From positions 1 to 18,824 of the forward strand of contig CAYVLA010000063.1 of NCBI GenBank assembly GCA_964452145.1: a stretch of DNA of 18,824 nt, given 5' to 3'. The position numbers and the translations under genes were made by a program. Source of the DNA: Candidatus Hadarchaeota archaeon (GTDB taxonomy: Archaea > CAYQAE01 > CAYVLA01). Positions 7,323-15,977 of the stretch are shown in pieces. Under the pieces are notes generated by a model. It did no database searches, was not told the DNA's origin, and worked only from the letters and a program-made list of their open reading frames with translations. How positions within the stretch are numbered: the stretch's first letter is position 1; each line of letters begins with the position of its first letter.

Positions 7323-8807
7323 ATGCGAAAGATAGGTCTGGCGCGCTCAGTGCATGAGGACAAGGTTCGAGCCTGCTGGCTCGGCAAGAACATCGGAGGG
7401 ACTCTGGGAGCCCCCTATGAGGGGCAGCGCACCGTCCACGCTCTGAAGTTCTACGACCCGGTCCCCGATGGTTCAGCCCCAAACGATGATCTGGATTTCC
7501 AGCTGGTGTGGCTCAAGATGCTCGAGGATGTGGGCGTCCATCCCTCCCTCACAGACTTCGCTGACTACTGGATTCGGCACCTCTCATCTTATCCGTGGAA
7601 CGAGTATGGGTTCTGCAGACGCAACCTGGAGAGAGGGCTGCGACCCCCCATATCGGGCTGCTTCGATAACTACTACATCGATGAGATGGGATCTCCGATT
7701 CGCAGCGAGATATGGGCTTGCACTGCCCCCGGAGATCCCCAGCTTGCCGCTCGCATGGCCTGGATGGACTCCTCTCTGGACCATGCCGGGGGGGAGGGCA
7801 CCTTCGGCGAGATGTTCTGGTCGGCCGTCGAGAGCGCTGCGTTCGTCTGCTCAGACATACCGGTGCTCTTGTCCATCGGGTTATCGATGGTTCCCGTCTG
7901 GTCTCGGATATCGAGGGTGATAAGGGATGTGATTTGGTGTCATGAAAACGGAGCCAGGTGGGATGAGGCTCGCCAGAGGGTTATCACCAACTTCGGCCGG
8001 GAACAGCCCTGCCACGCTCCCCAGAATCATGGATTCGCAGTCATCGGGCTGCTTTACGGCGAGGATTTCGGGGACAAGCTCTGCACCGCCGTCAACTGCG
8101 GTTACGATACCGACTGCACGGGAGCGACTTTGGGATCGTTTCTGGGCATTCTGGGAGGGACAGAAGGGATTCCTGAGGAATGGACGGCTCCTGTGGGTGA
8201 GACCATCGTCCTCCACAGGTTCACCCAAGGTCTGGATGCTCCCAGGACAATATCAGATCTGGCCCGCCGAACGTGTGCCGTGGCCGAACGGATGGTTTCC
8301 GTAAGATCCGACTCGGTCGCTCTCGCTGAACGCACCATGCTTCCGCCAGATCTGATTTCCATACTTTCACGCAACGAGGCGGCACTGATCGCGCTGAGGC
8401 GTGATCCTCAGTCAGCGATCGCAACGGTCAACGGCTACGATGTTGCGTTTCACTACGGAGGAGAGCCGGTCATTCGACCGGGAGTTCAAAAGAGAGTCGG
8501 AATCTCGGTCAGCCGAAATGACATTCCGGTCGACTGCGCGATAAAACTCCGACCACCGCTTGGATGGTTGTCCAGGAGGTTGGGGACGACCATGAACCAG
8601 GCTAGGTTCGGCCTCTCAGCCGATTGTCCTCAGGACATAAACGAGGTAGAGGTCACGGTTCTCGTGGGTCGTCGGAGCCTGAGGTGTGCGTTCATCATGC
8701 TTGGGCCAGGGGAGGCCAAAGGATATCCATGTGGCCAGAACGTGCCCACCTGCCCGAGATGTCATGCAAGAGCGCAGTCATGCGTCTGCAGTGCACGCCC
8801 TCCGTGA
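7323..8807 (+). CDS. ADP-ribosylglycohydrolase (DraG/ARH) family protein with C-terminal extension (494 aa)
   Basis: WLGKNIGGTLGAPYEG, NDDLD, MGSPIRSEIWA..APG, DSSLDH, NCGYDTDCTGATLGS. ATG 7323 is preferred over 7287 because the TATA box lies between them. Confidence 0.88.
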   Translation: MRKIGLARSVHEDKVRACWLGKNIGGTLGAPYEGQRTVHALKFYDPVPDGSAPNDDLDFQLVWLKMLEDVGVHPSLTDFADYWIRHLSSYPWNEYGFCRRNLERGLRPPISGCFDNYYIDEMGSPIRSEIWACTAPGDPQLAARMAWMDSSLDHAGGEGTFGEMFWSAVESAAFVCSDIPVLLSIGLSMVPVWSRISRVIRDVIWCHENGARWDEARQRVITNFGREQPCHAPQNHGFAVIGLLYGEDFGDKLCTAVNCGYDTDCTGATLGSFLGILGGTEGIPEEWTAPVGETIVLHRFTQGLDAPRTISDLARRTCAVAERMVSVRSDSVALAERTMLPPDLISILSRNEAALIALRRDPQSAIATVNGYDVAFHYGGEPVIRPGVQKRVGISVSRNDIPVDCAIKLRPPLGWLSRRLGTTMNQARFGLSADCPQDINEVEVTVLVGRRSLRCAFIMLGPGEAKGYPCGQNVPTCPRCHARAQSCVCSARPP

Positions 8808-8925
8808 GCCGTCGGATCGGGCCCGAGATTCGTGAAGGGCTGGCCGACCAGTCGGATCAGCGATAGGCGGGCACGCACGGTTTGCACCGGAAACGTATTT
8901 CTGGTTAGGCGCCTGGATTCAGCGC

Positions 8926-9651
8926 ATGACCCGAGATGATAAGTTCAGCCAACTATATCTACAGGATTCCTATCTGGCAGAGTGCGACTCCGAGGTCCTT
9001 GCGGTCACAGAGGGCAGACATGTGGTCCTAGACAGGACGGTCTTCCATCCCAAGGGCGGAGGCGTGAGCCATGATACGGGCAAGATGGTGAGGGGGGAAG
9101 ACATCTTCGAGGTCGTGTATGTGAGGAAGCTCTCAGGGGAGGTCTCCCACGAAGTTGACAGGACAGGTTTGAAGCCGGGCGACCGGGTTCACTGCATCTT
9201 GGACTGGCCGCGGCGCTACAAGCTCATGCGGAGTCACACAGCGGCACATGCTCTGATATCGATCCTGTGCGCCGAGACTGGGGCCCTTGTGACGGGAAAT
9301 GATGTTGACGTGGACAAGACCAGATTCGACTTCAACCTAGAGTCATTCGACCGGGATGCGTTCCAGATCTACATTGAGAGAGCCAATCAGCTGTTTGAAA
9401 GGGACATGCCAGTGAGAGCATACGAGTTGCCTAGGGAGGAAGCCATGAGCATTCCAGCCATCGTGAAACTCGCATCGGCCCTGCCTCCCCAGGTCGAACG
9501 GCTGAGAATCGTGGAGATCGAGGGCGTTGACAAGCAGGCTGACGGCGGGTGTCATGTCAGGAATCTTCGAGAGGTCGGCAGGATAGAATTCCTGAAGGCC
9601 GAGAACAAGGGGAAGAATAACCGAAGGGTCTATTACAGGCTGACTGAGTAG
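8926..9651 (+). CDS. alaXM: Alanyl-tRNA editing protein AlaX-M (copy 1)
   Basis: LYLQDSYL, LDRTVFHPKGGGVSHDTG, DWPRRYKLMRSHTAAH (HxxxH), QADGGCHV, ENKGKNNRRVY; 241 aa, the AlaX-M size class. Confidence 0.93.
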   Translation: MTRDDKFSQLYLQDSYLAECDSEVLAVTEGRHVVLDRTVFHPKGGGVSHDTGKMVRGEDIFEVVYVRKLSGEVSHEVDRTGLKPGDRVHCILDWPRRYKLMRSHTAAHALISILCAETGALVTGNDVDVDKTRFDFNLESFDRDAFQIYIERANQLFERDMPVRAYELPREEAMSIPAIVKLASALPPQVERLRIVEIEGVDKQADGGCHVRNLREVGRIEFLKAENKGKNNRRVYYRLTE

Positions 9652-9903
9652 AGGGCGTACGCAAGGCGAAATGGACTCTCCGAGGTTGACATCGTAGACG
9701 GGTGGATGGACTGGGGCTCGAAGGCTCGAGAGAGGGCGTCGGATCGTCCGGTCTGGGGAGACGGATGTCGATGGATCACAGGATTGACCGGAGTCATCCA
9801 AGATGTATGGGTGTGGCATGATGGTCCGGCCTTCGTGTGCGCCACCAAAACATCTTTTCAGATATGAGTGATCTCTGTCGGAATGGCAATCGAGACCAAC
9901 GAA

Positions 9904-9910
9904 TTAAATA
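9904..9910 (+). promoter_or_regulatory. Possible TATA box (TTAAATA) for the small zinc-ribbon gene
   Basis: AT-rich box preceded by purines, upstream of the 9941/9974 starts. Confidence 0.35.
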
Positions 9911-9973
9911 GATCGGCCATCGCTTGAAGATGGAATCGTCTTGAAGAGTGATTCCCCGCGATTGGAGGGGTGG

Positions 9974-10267
9974 ATGGTTATGTGGAGAGAAGGCGGAGAG
10001 ATACTCTTGATCCATTCCTACCATCGCGCGGATGTCGGCCTCGAGTGTCCGAAGTGCCGGTCTCCCATGTTGTTCATTCCCGAACAGGTTGTATGTTACG
10101 CGTGCGGAGCCACCTATGACGTGCATGGACAAAGGGTTGTGCAGACGCTGGGGGTGCACTCATGGCCGGATGCCGAGTGTGGGAAGACGCTGCCATACGA
10201 CCCTACCAAGACGCGCACTTACTATGAGGAGCTGAGCCCATCCGATGTTCAATCCTCGCAAGAATGA
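9974..10267 (+). CDS. Small putative zinc-ribbon protein (~97 aa)
   Basis: CPKC-x12-CYAC motif pair. GGAGGGG SD-like sequence before ATG 9974/9980; start uncertain (9941, 9974 or 9980). Confidence 0.6.
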   Translation: MVMWREGGEILLIHSYHRADVGLECPKCRSPMLFIPEQVVCYACGATYDVHGQRVVQTLGVHSWPDAECGKTLPYDPTKTRTYYEELSPSDVQSSQE

Positions 10268-10376
10268 TGGCGAGAAGCGCCTGATGGATTTCAGGGGAAC
10301 CCTTATGTCCCGGTGGGTGATCCTCGCGTTGAAGACCTGTCGGACCCAGCATTCGGTAGGGTTGCGGCGCCGGACT

Positions 10377-11597
10377 ATGGGACTGCTTCGATTCTGTGCT
10401 TTGCTGTTGTTGGTTCCGGTTGTCCTTGGCAACGAGGCCCCGATCAGGATTCTGTACATCTCCAGAGGTGGCGATTGGCATGGAAACCTGCAGCAAGACC
10501 CTGCGATATCGGTCTTCTGGATCCCGGTTCCGGGACATTCACACATCGAACTCCTGGGCCAAGATCCCTCGGTCTTACACAGAATCATGCGCATCTACAT
10601 GCCACGCCGGCTTGACGATCTTCTCTCCAGCTACACGATGGTCGTCCTCAGAGAGTGCCCATACGGTTCGACCGCCTACGCGAGCCTCTGGTTCCAGGAT
10701 AGCTGGGTCAAGATGATCGTCGATGGAGTGGAATACCATGGACTATCCTTCGAGATGTGGGGTGGGGATGCCTCGTTCGGAGGTGGAGGCGAAGGATTCT
10801 ACACATCCTGGGGCGATACGCTTCTGGGGACAATGCTCCCGGTGGAATGTCTGGGCGGTTACAACTATCAGACGGCGACGTTGCAGAAGATCGACTTCGT
10901 TGACCGCGAGAGTCCCCTGACTCGGCTCCCTTGGGCATCCTGTCCCCCGATCGAGCTGAACAACGCTGTATCCCTCAAACGGGGAGCACACGCGGTGGCC
11001 GATGTGGTGGAGAAGGGGACGCGCTGGCCTTACATTTTCGACTGGCGATACGGAATGGGAATGGTGGTGGGAGAGACCCAGGTGGTGCATTCCCGGAATA
11101 CCCTGAACCTGATGATCACGTACTGGGAGTACTTCCCCGACTTCCTCGTTTACCTGGTCTACTACGGGGCAGGGCGAGAGATACCGCAGGACGTCGTCTT
11201 GGTGAAGAGGATTCGGAATCAGATCCTTTCACACTTCACTGAGAAATCGATGATAACGTCCGTATTGGATTTTGCGGAGACCTTCGGTGCAGACACGTCG
11301 GGCATCTACAACGATGTCAGGGGGATCGACCGGGCCCACGAAGAATCCGAGAGGCTGTACGTTGACGGAGATTACCAGGCCTGCTCTGATTCGCTGGACG
11401 CAATCCAGGGGAGATGGAGGGAGATCGCCAGCGAGGCCATGAGACTCAAGGACAAGGCTCTGGCCTGGGTCTATGCGATAGAGTACATGGCCGTGTCGAG
11501 TGTCGCAATCGTAACCGGGTTCGTCATCTGGACGCTGATGGTAAGGAGAAGGCTGTACCGGCATGTGAGGGCAACAAGGCTCTCAGGCCGGGTCTGA
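10377..11597 (+). CDS. Single-pass membrane protein, paralog 3 (406 aa), DUF1355/GATase1-like head
   Basis: Signal peptide MGLLRFCALLLLVPVVLG from ATG 10377. QDP, RIYMPR..DLLSSYTMVVL, MWGGDASFGGGG...TLLGTMLPV (resembles the DUF1355 'GG.DSF..GG...T.L...LPV' pattern), FGAD, LKDKALAWVYAIEY, WTLMVRRRLYRHVRATR. Confidence 0.88.
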   Translation: MGLLRFCALLLLVPVVLGNEAPIRILYISRGGDWHGNLQQDPAISVFWIPVPGHSHIELLGQDPSVLHRIMRIYMPRRLDDLLSSYTMVVLRECPYGSTAYASLWFQDSWVKMIVDGVEYHGLSFEMWGGDASFGGGGEGFYTSWGDTLLGTMLPVECLGGYNYQTATLQKIDFVDRESPLTRLPWASCPPIELNNAVSLKRGAHAVADVVEKGTRWPYIFDWRYGMGMVVGETQVVHSRNTLNLMITYWEYFPDFLVYLVYYGAGREIPQDVVLVKRIRNQILSHFTEKSMITSVLDFAETFGADTSGIYNDVRGIDRAHEESERLYVDGDYQACSDSLDAIQGRWREIASEAMRLKDKALAWVYAIEYMAVSSVAIVTGFVIWTLMVRRRLYRHVRATRLSGRV

Positions 11598-11875
11598 ACA
11601 GGATGATTTCTGAGCCACGTCTAAGCAAGGGGATTGTGGAAGAACCGCGAGCGCAGCGACTGCAGCCTCTCCCCTCAGAACTTGGAGGTCTGCTGAGGAT
11701 TGCTCTCATGGTGCAGGCGTGCAGAGGGCAAACTTGAGATGGCCGGGTCCGTGACGCTGGGAATGCCTCGGTGGATTGAGCTAAGTCCGGAGAGGCCGAA
11801 ATCGACATTCGACGGCTTGGCACCTTCCTGGAACCGGAACTTGGCGCCTGACAAGGAGGTCTACATGCCTCTATC

Positions 11876-12598
11876 TCAGGAGTCGGAATCACCACCAAGG
11901 ACGAACTCAAGCTTGGTGCGATCCTTCCCTGCGCTCCGGGTATCCACTATGTGAAGCGATCCTATCTCCGAGGTGTTCCTGACATGGGTTCCGGCGCAAG
12001 CCACTGTGTCGATCCCCTCAACGCTCACGATTCTCAAAACGGAGACGGCCTTGGGCAACAGGTCGATGCGGGTCCTCCGGGAGTCTAGCACCTGCATCGC
12101 CTCGTGCCTGGGCATGAGCCGAATCGACACCGGAAAGCCTTCACTTATCCATCCCTTGACGCGGGCCTCGGCTTCATCCACCATGTCGGGAGTGAATGAC
12201 GCGAGGTCGAAGTCCATCTCGGCTCGTTCCGCACATATGCGGTTCCCCAGAGTTATGGCTCCATACCGGTCCAGGAAATGCGCCGAGAGAAGGTGCTGGG
12301 CCGTGTGGTACCTCATATGGGCGTATCTCCTACCCCAGTCAATGGCTCCCTGAACACCATCGCCCGCCCGAGGCAGTGGTCCTTCCAGAAAGTGGTGCAC
12401 ATCATCGCCTTTCTTGGTGCAGGAGACCACCTTTGATGTGCCCCGCGGTGATCGAATCGTGCCGGTATCGGAGGGCTGTCCCCCGCCCTCGGGGTAGAAG
12501 GCGGTGCGATTCAGAATGAGCCTGTTGCCCGCAAGCCCCACCACCTCCGCGTCGAATCGCGAGATGTAGCAGTCCGTGAAGTAGATCAGCTGCGTCAT
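11876..12598 (-). CDS. alaXM: Alanyl-tRNA editing protein AlaX-M (copy 2)
   Basis: MTQLIYFTDCY, LNRTAFYPEGGGQPSDTG, DWGRRYAHMRYHTAQH, ACAGTHV. ATG 12598 has a GGTGG SD-like element upstream; 240 aa. Confidence 0.92.
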   Translation of the reverse strand: MTQLIYFTDCYISRFDAEVVGLAGNRLILNRTAFYPEGGGQPSDTGTIRSPRGTSKVVSCTKKGDDVHHFLEGPLPRAGDGVQGAIDWGRRYAHMRYHTAQHLLSAHFLDRYGAITLGNRICAERAEMDFDLASFTPDMVDEAEARVKGWISEGFPVSIRLMPRHEAMQVLDSRRTRIDLLPKAVSVLRIVSVEGIDTVACAGTHVRNTSEIGSLHIVDTRSAGKDRTKLEFVLGGDSDS

Positions 12599-12624
12599 CT
12601 CATCGCCACCTGTTGTAACCTGAA

Positions 12625-12633
12625 TGATAAATG
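12625..12633 (-). promoter_or_regulatory. TATA-like box (CATTTATCA) for alaXM copy 2
   Basis: Minus-strand CATTTATCA, 26 nt upstream of ATG 12598. Confidence 0.45.
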
Positions 12634-12740
12634 ATGCCAAACGGATCTATTTTTCAAGTCGCCTGATGGCTGCGATTTGCCCACACGGCGGATGAAGGCA
12701 TCTTGTCCGGAGGGGCGCGGACTCCATCGGTGATCTTGGG

Positions 12741-13253
12741 GTGAGGTTTGACTCGTACCTATGGGTGCCAAGCAAGGCCGGCTATGTAAGGGATGACGAC
12801 AAGCCGAAGGTGAAGTGTATACTCTGCTCGATACGGGACAAGGACCCCAACATGAGAAGCCTAGAGGTCTGGAGGGACGACTCGGTCATAGCCGTGCTGA
12901 ATCTCTATCCGTACAATCCGGGGCATCTACTGGTCTTTCCACAGAAGCACGTGTTGGAGCTGTCGGAACTTGGCCAGGACGAGATGCCGCGCTTGTGGCG
13001 CGCCATCAATCTTGCTGTTGATGTCATCAAGAAGTGCTACAATCCGGCGGGCTACAACGTCGGCTTTAACATCGGTCGAGTTTCGGGAGCTAGCATTGGT
13101 CATCTCCATGCCCACGTCGTGCCCAGGTACGCAAAGGAAATGGGTTTCATCGACATCATCGGGGGGGCCAAGATACTGGTTGAGGACCCGACGAGCTACC
13201 AGCTCAAGGTGTCTGAAGCCTTCCGCAGCCTCGAAGGGAGGTCCTGCCCGTGA
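12741..13253 (+). CDS. HIT (histidine triad) family nucleotide hydrolase/transferase, FHIT/Ap4A phosphorylase-like
   Basis: CILC, LNLYPYNPGHLLVFP, GYNVGFNIG..SGASI.HLHAHVVPR (HxHxH). GGTGA SD at 12729-12733. Confidence 0.92.
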   Translation: MRFDSYLWVPSKAGYVRDDDKPKVKCILCSIRDKDPNMRSLEVWRDDSVIAVLNLYPYNPGHLLVFPQKHVLELSELGQDEMPRLWRAINLAVDVIKKCYNPAGYNVGFNIGRVSGASIGHLHAHVVPRYAKEMGFIDIIGGAKILVEDPTSYQLKVSEAFRSLEGRSCP

Positions 13254-13957
13254 AGGTCGTGGGCATCACCGGTTACAGCAAGGCCGGGAAGACCTCCGTC
13301 GTGGAGGACCTGATAAAGTACCTGCGAGAGAAGGGCTTCAGGATCCACACGGCCAAGCATTCGGTACATGAGATCAACCCCGACAAAGATACCGAGAGAC
13401 ACTTCTCGATGGGGGCCGCCAAAGTCATCGGCGTCGACCCAAAGGTGTACCACATACTTCAGAGGCAGGACGATCTCTGGCGCGAGCTGTTGGGGTGTGA
13501 TTATGCCATCCTCGAGGGCTTCAAGAGACTCAGAGGCTTCATGAAGGTGCTCGTGGTTCAGGATGAGGAGGATCTAAAACTGGCGGACGATTACACGTTC
13601 ATCATCACGGGCAACGAGGCGCTCAGGGAAAAAGCGGTGGAAGCGGGGGCCCTGTTTCTCAGGGATGCAGATGAGCTGTACAAGAGAATCGAATCGAGCG
13701 CCTTCAGGAGGCTTCCGGATTCGAACTGCAAGAGATGCGGAAGGCGCAAGTGCAGCGATCTGGCGCGCGAGATCTTCGATGGTACGGCCAAGGACGTGGA
13801 ATGTGCCTACCTGACGGATCGGGTCGTGCTGGAGGTCGATGGAAGGGGCATTACCCTTTCTCCCTTCGTCCAAGACGTAATCGACAAGACTGTGAGAGGG
13901 ATGGTTGGGAGCTTGAGGAATGGGCAGGGAAAGGAGATCAAGCTTGAGCTCAAGTAG
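13250..13957 (+). CDS. mobB: Molybdopterin-guanine dinucleotide biosynthesis protein B with C-terminal Fe-S-binding domain
   Basis: P-loop GYSKAGKT, AKH, KDT.RH...GA, LEGFK; then LPDSNCKRCGRRKC...EC (putative Fe-S module) and LSPFVQ. Overlaps the HIT stop via GTGA. Confidence 0.85.
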   Translation: MKVVGITGYSKAGKTSVVEDLIKYLREKGFRIHTAKHSVHEINPDKDTERHFSMGAAKVIGVDPKVYHILQRQDDLWRELLGCDYAILEGFKRLRGFMKVLVVQDEEDLKLADDYTFIITGNEALREKAVEAGALFLRDADELYKRIESSAFRRLPDSNCKRCGRRKCSDLAREIFDGTAKDVECAYLTDRVVLEVDGRGITLSPFVQDVIDKTVRGMVGSLRNGQGKEIKLELK

Positions 13958-13966
13958 GTGTCTGGC

Positions 13967-15196
13967 ATGACCCCTCGAAAATGCCTGCTGTTGATCTTTG
14001 ACGGAATGGGCGACCGACCCGTGGCTGAACTGGGTGGGAAGACGCCCCTCGAAGCAGCGATCACGCCGAATCTGGACAAGTTGGCCAAAGAAGGCATTAA
14101 CGGCATCATGGATCCGATCGCTCCGGGTGTGAGGCCGGGAAGCGACACCTCGCATCTCTCCTATCTCGGATACGATCCTCGCGAGTGCTACTCGGGTCGC
14201 GGGCCTTTCGAAGCTGCCGGGATCGGACTGGAGGTGAGGCCTGGTGACATTGCCTTTCGGTGCAACTTCGGAACGGTCGATGAGAGGATGGTCGTCATCG
14301 ACAGAAGGGCGGGGCGCATAACCCAGGGTACCGGCGAACTTGCCAAAGCCTTCCGTGGCCTGAAGATCTCCGGCGTTGAGGTGATCTTCAAGGAGTCCGT
14401 GGCGCACAGAGGTGCACTTGTTCTACGCGGGGATGGGCTCGGTCCGAACGTGACGGATGTCGACCCGCACGACGTCGGTCAGCGCGTTCAAGAATGCAGG
14501 GCGATGGACGATGAGTCAGAGAAGACTGCGCAAGTCATAAACGAGTTTGTGAAAGTGAGCCATGATGTTCTGGAGAGCCACCCGGTGAATCAGGATAGGA
14601 AGATGAAGGGTGAGCTGCCCGCAAACATCCTTCTGCCCAGAGGGGCCGGGGTGCTGCGCGAGGTTCGTGGGCTCTGGGATAGGTACCGTCTCTCCGGAGC
14701 GGCAATAGCCGAGGTCGGCCTCATAAGCGGCGTGGCGCGTGTCATGGGGCTCGATGTGATTGAGGTGACCGGATCCACCGGGGGCTTGGACACGGACATC
14801 CAAGCAATGGGACAAGCTGCCGTCTCGGCCTTAGACAGATACGACTTCGTCATGATGAATGTGAAGGGGTGCGACATCGCAGGGCATGACGGAAATGCGC
14901 GGGCCAAGGTCGAAATGATTGAGCGCATCGATGACATGGTGGGGATGATCGTGGGGTCGGTGGGGCCAACCACATACCTTGTTGCCACGGCCGATCACAG
15001 CACTCCCGTCTCGGTCAAGGACCACTCGGGCGATCCGGTCCCAATCTGCATAAGAGGGGAGGGAGTCAGAACAGACGATGTCGACCGTTACGGCGAAAGG
15101 AGCTGTTCAAGTGGCGGCCTGGGCAGGATAAGAGGCATGGACCTGATGAACATGATCATGGACCTGATGAATCGGGCTGAGAAGTTCGGCGCCTGA
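13967..15196 (+). CDS. apgM: 2,3-bisphosphoglycerate-independent phosphoglycerate mutase, archaeal type
   Basis: FDGMGDRP, GKTPLEAA.TPNLD, PGSDTSHL, GRGPFEAAG, AFRCNF, DRRAGRI, DIAGHDG, TADHSTP, DHSGDPVP, terminal EKFGA. Start is ATG 13967 or GTG 13958. Confidence 0.95.
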   Translation: MTPRKCLLLIFDGMGDRPVAELGGKTPLEAAITPNLDKLAKEGINGIMDPIAPGVRPGSDTSHLSYLGYDPRECYSGRGPFEAAGIGLEVRPGDIAFRCNFGTVDERMVVIDRRAGRITQGTGELAKAFRGLKISGVEVIFKESVAHRGALVLRGDGLGPNVTDVDPHDVGQRVQECRAMDDESEKTAQVINEFVKVSHDVLESHPVNQDRKMKGELPANILLPRGAGVLREVRGLWDRYRLSGAAIAEVGLISGVARVMGLDVIEVTGSTGGLDTDIQAMGQAAVSALDRYDFVMMNVKGCDIAGHDGNARAKVEMIERIDDMVGMIVGSVGPTTYLVATADHSTPVSVKDHSGDPVPICIRGEGVRTDDVDRYGERSCSSGGLGRIRGMDLMNMIMDLMNRAEKFGA

Positions 15197-15977
15197 CCGT
15201 AGTGATATCGTCCCTGCAAAGCCTGTCGAGTAGCGTTCTGGGTCCCTTCAGCCAGGAGCTGGCATCCAGCAACAGCATGCCCTGGCTGTGCAGCAACCCG
15301 GCTCCTATCCGGTCCCAGCCGGTGTTGTTGGCCAGCAACTCGCAGTATCCCAGGGTCTGAACGAGGTTCCTGTTTAGAGCCCAGCGCGAGGTCCCTGCCC
15401 AGGGATCGGTAGGGTCGGACGGATATGATTTTACCTCAATGGCGTAGAGTATGTTCCGTGTGTCATCGCAGAGAAGAAGATCTAGGTGTCCTGTCAGCAG
15501 AGCGGAGTGAAGAGGCACCTCCATGGCCACGAACATGCTATGTTGTATTGCCTGCACCTGCATTAGCATGTGATTCGCTGAGGCTTGGGGACTGCGAAGC
15601 CAAGGGACGAAGGGCCGGTCCAGATCGCGTGACATCCTCTTCCCCGTCCTTGTGTTGACATGGCAGATGACGGGGGATTCTCTGAGGAATCGTCTGGCGA
15701 TGTAGGAGGCGATGGGGAACTGGCATGCCAGGCGGGAGCATCTGTACTTCCAGGACTGGAACTGGAGGTTCACCAGATCGGGATCTCCAAAGCAGGCGCC
15801 AAGATAGGACGCAGCGGCCCTGCCCGCGTCGGCTCTGAGAGGCCTTCTAGACCATCGGCAGACATAGCCGCAGCGGTGTGTCCCAACGTCCTGCAGAAAC
15901 GTCTGGCAGAGAGATACCTGGCTGACATCCCTACCAGGCAGATGGCCGGACAAAGAGGACTGCATGGGGCGGGACAC
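15156..15977 (-). CDS. PD-(D/E)XK nuclease family protein (RecB/Cas4-like catalytic motifs)
   Basis: AMEVPL...LTGHLDLL...AIEVKS...QTLGY corresponds to E / D / ExK / QxxxY. Start uncertain; the 3' end overlaps the convergent apgM by 41 nt. Confidence 0.65.
   Translation of the reverse strand: MSRPMQSSLSGHLPGRDVSQVSLCQTFLQDVGTHRCGYVCRWSRRPLRADAGRAAASYLGACFGDPDLVNLQFQSWKYRCSRLACQFPIASYIARRFLRESPVICHVNTRTGKRMSRDLDRPFVPWLRSPQASANHMLMQVQAIQHSMFVAMEVPLHSALLTGHLDLLLCDDTRNILYAIEVKSYPSDPTDPWAGTSRWALNRNLVQTLGYCELLANNTGWDRIGAGLLHSQGMLLLDASSWLKGPRTLLDRLCRDDITTVRRRTSQPDSSGP

Noticed and set aside
10245..10376. N-terminal extension of paralog 3
   Set aside because: It overlaps the upstream ORF, and a clean signal peptide starts at ATG 10377.
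13955..13960. mobB TAG is immediately followed in frame by apgM (possible amber/pyrrolysine readthrough fusion)
   Set aside because: Both proteins are complete stand-alone families, AGGTG there serves as an SD for ATG 13967, no pyl genes are visible, and in-frame adjacency occurs by chance one time in three.
15156..15977. Calling the nuclease cas4
   Set aside because: No C-terminal three-Cys Fe-S cluster motif typical of Cas4, and no cas genes or array in the window.
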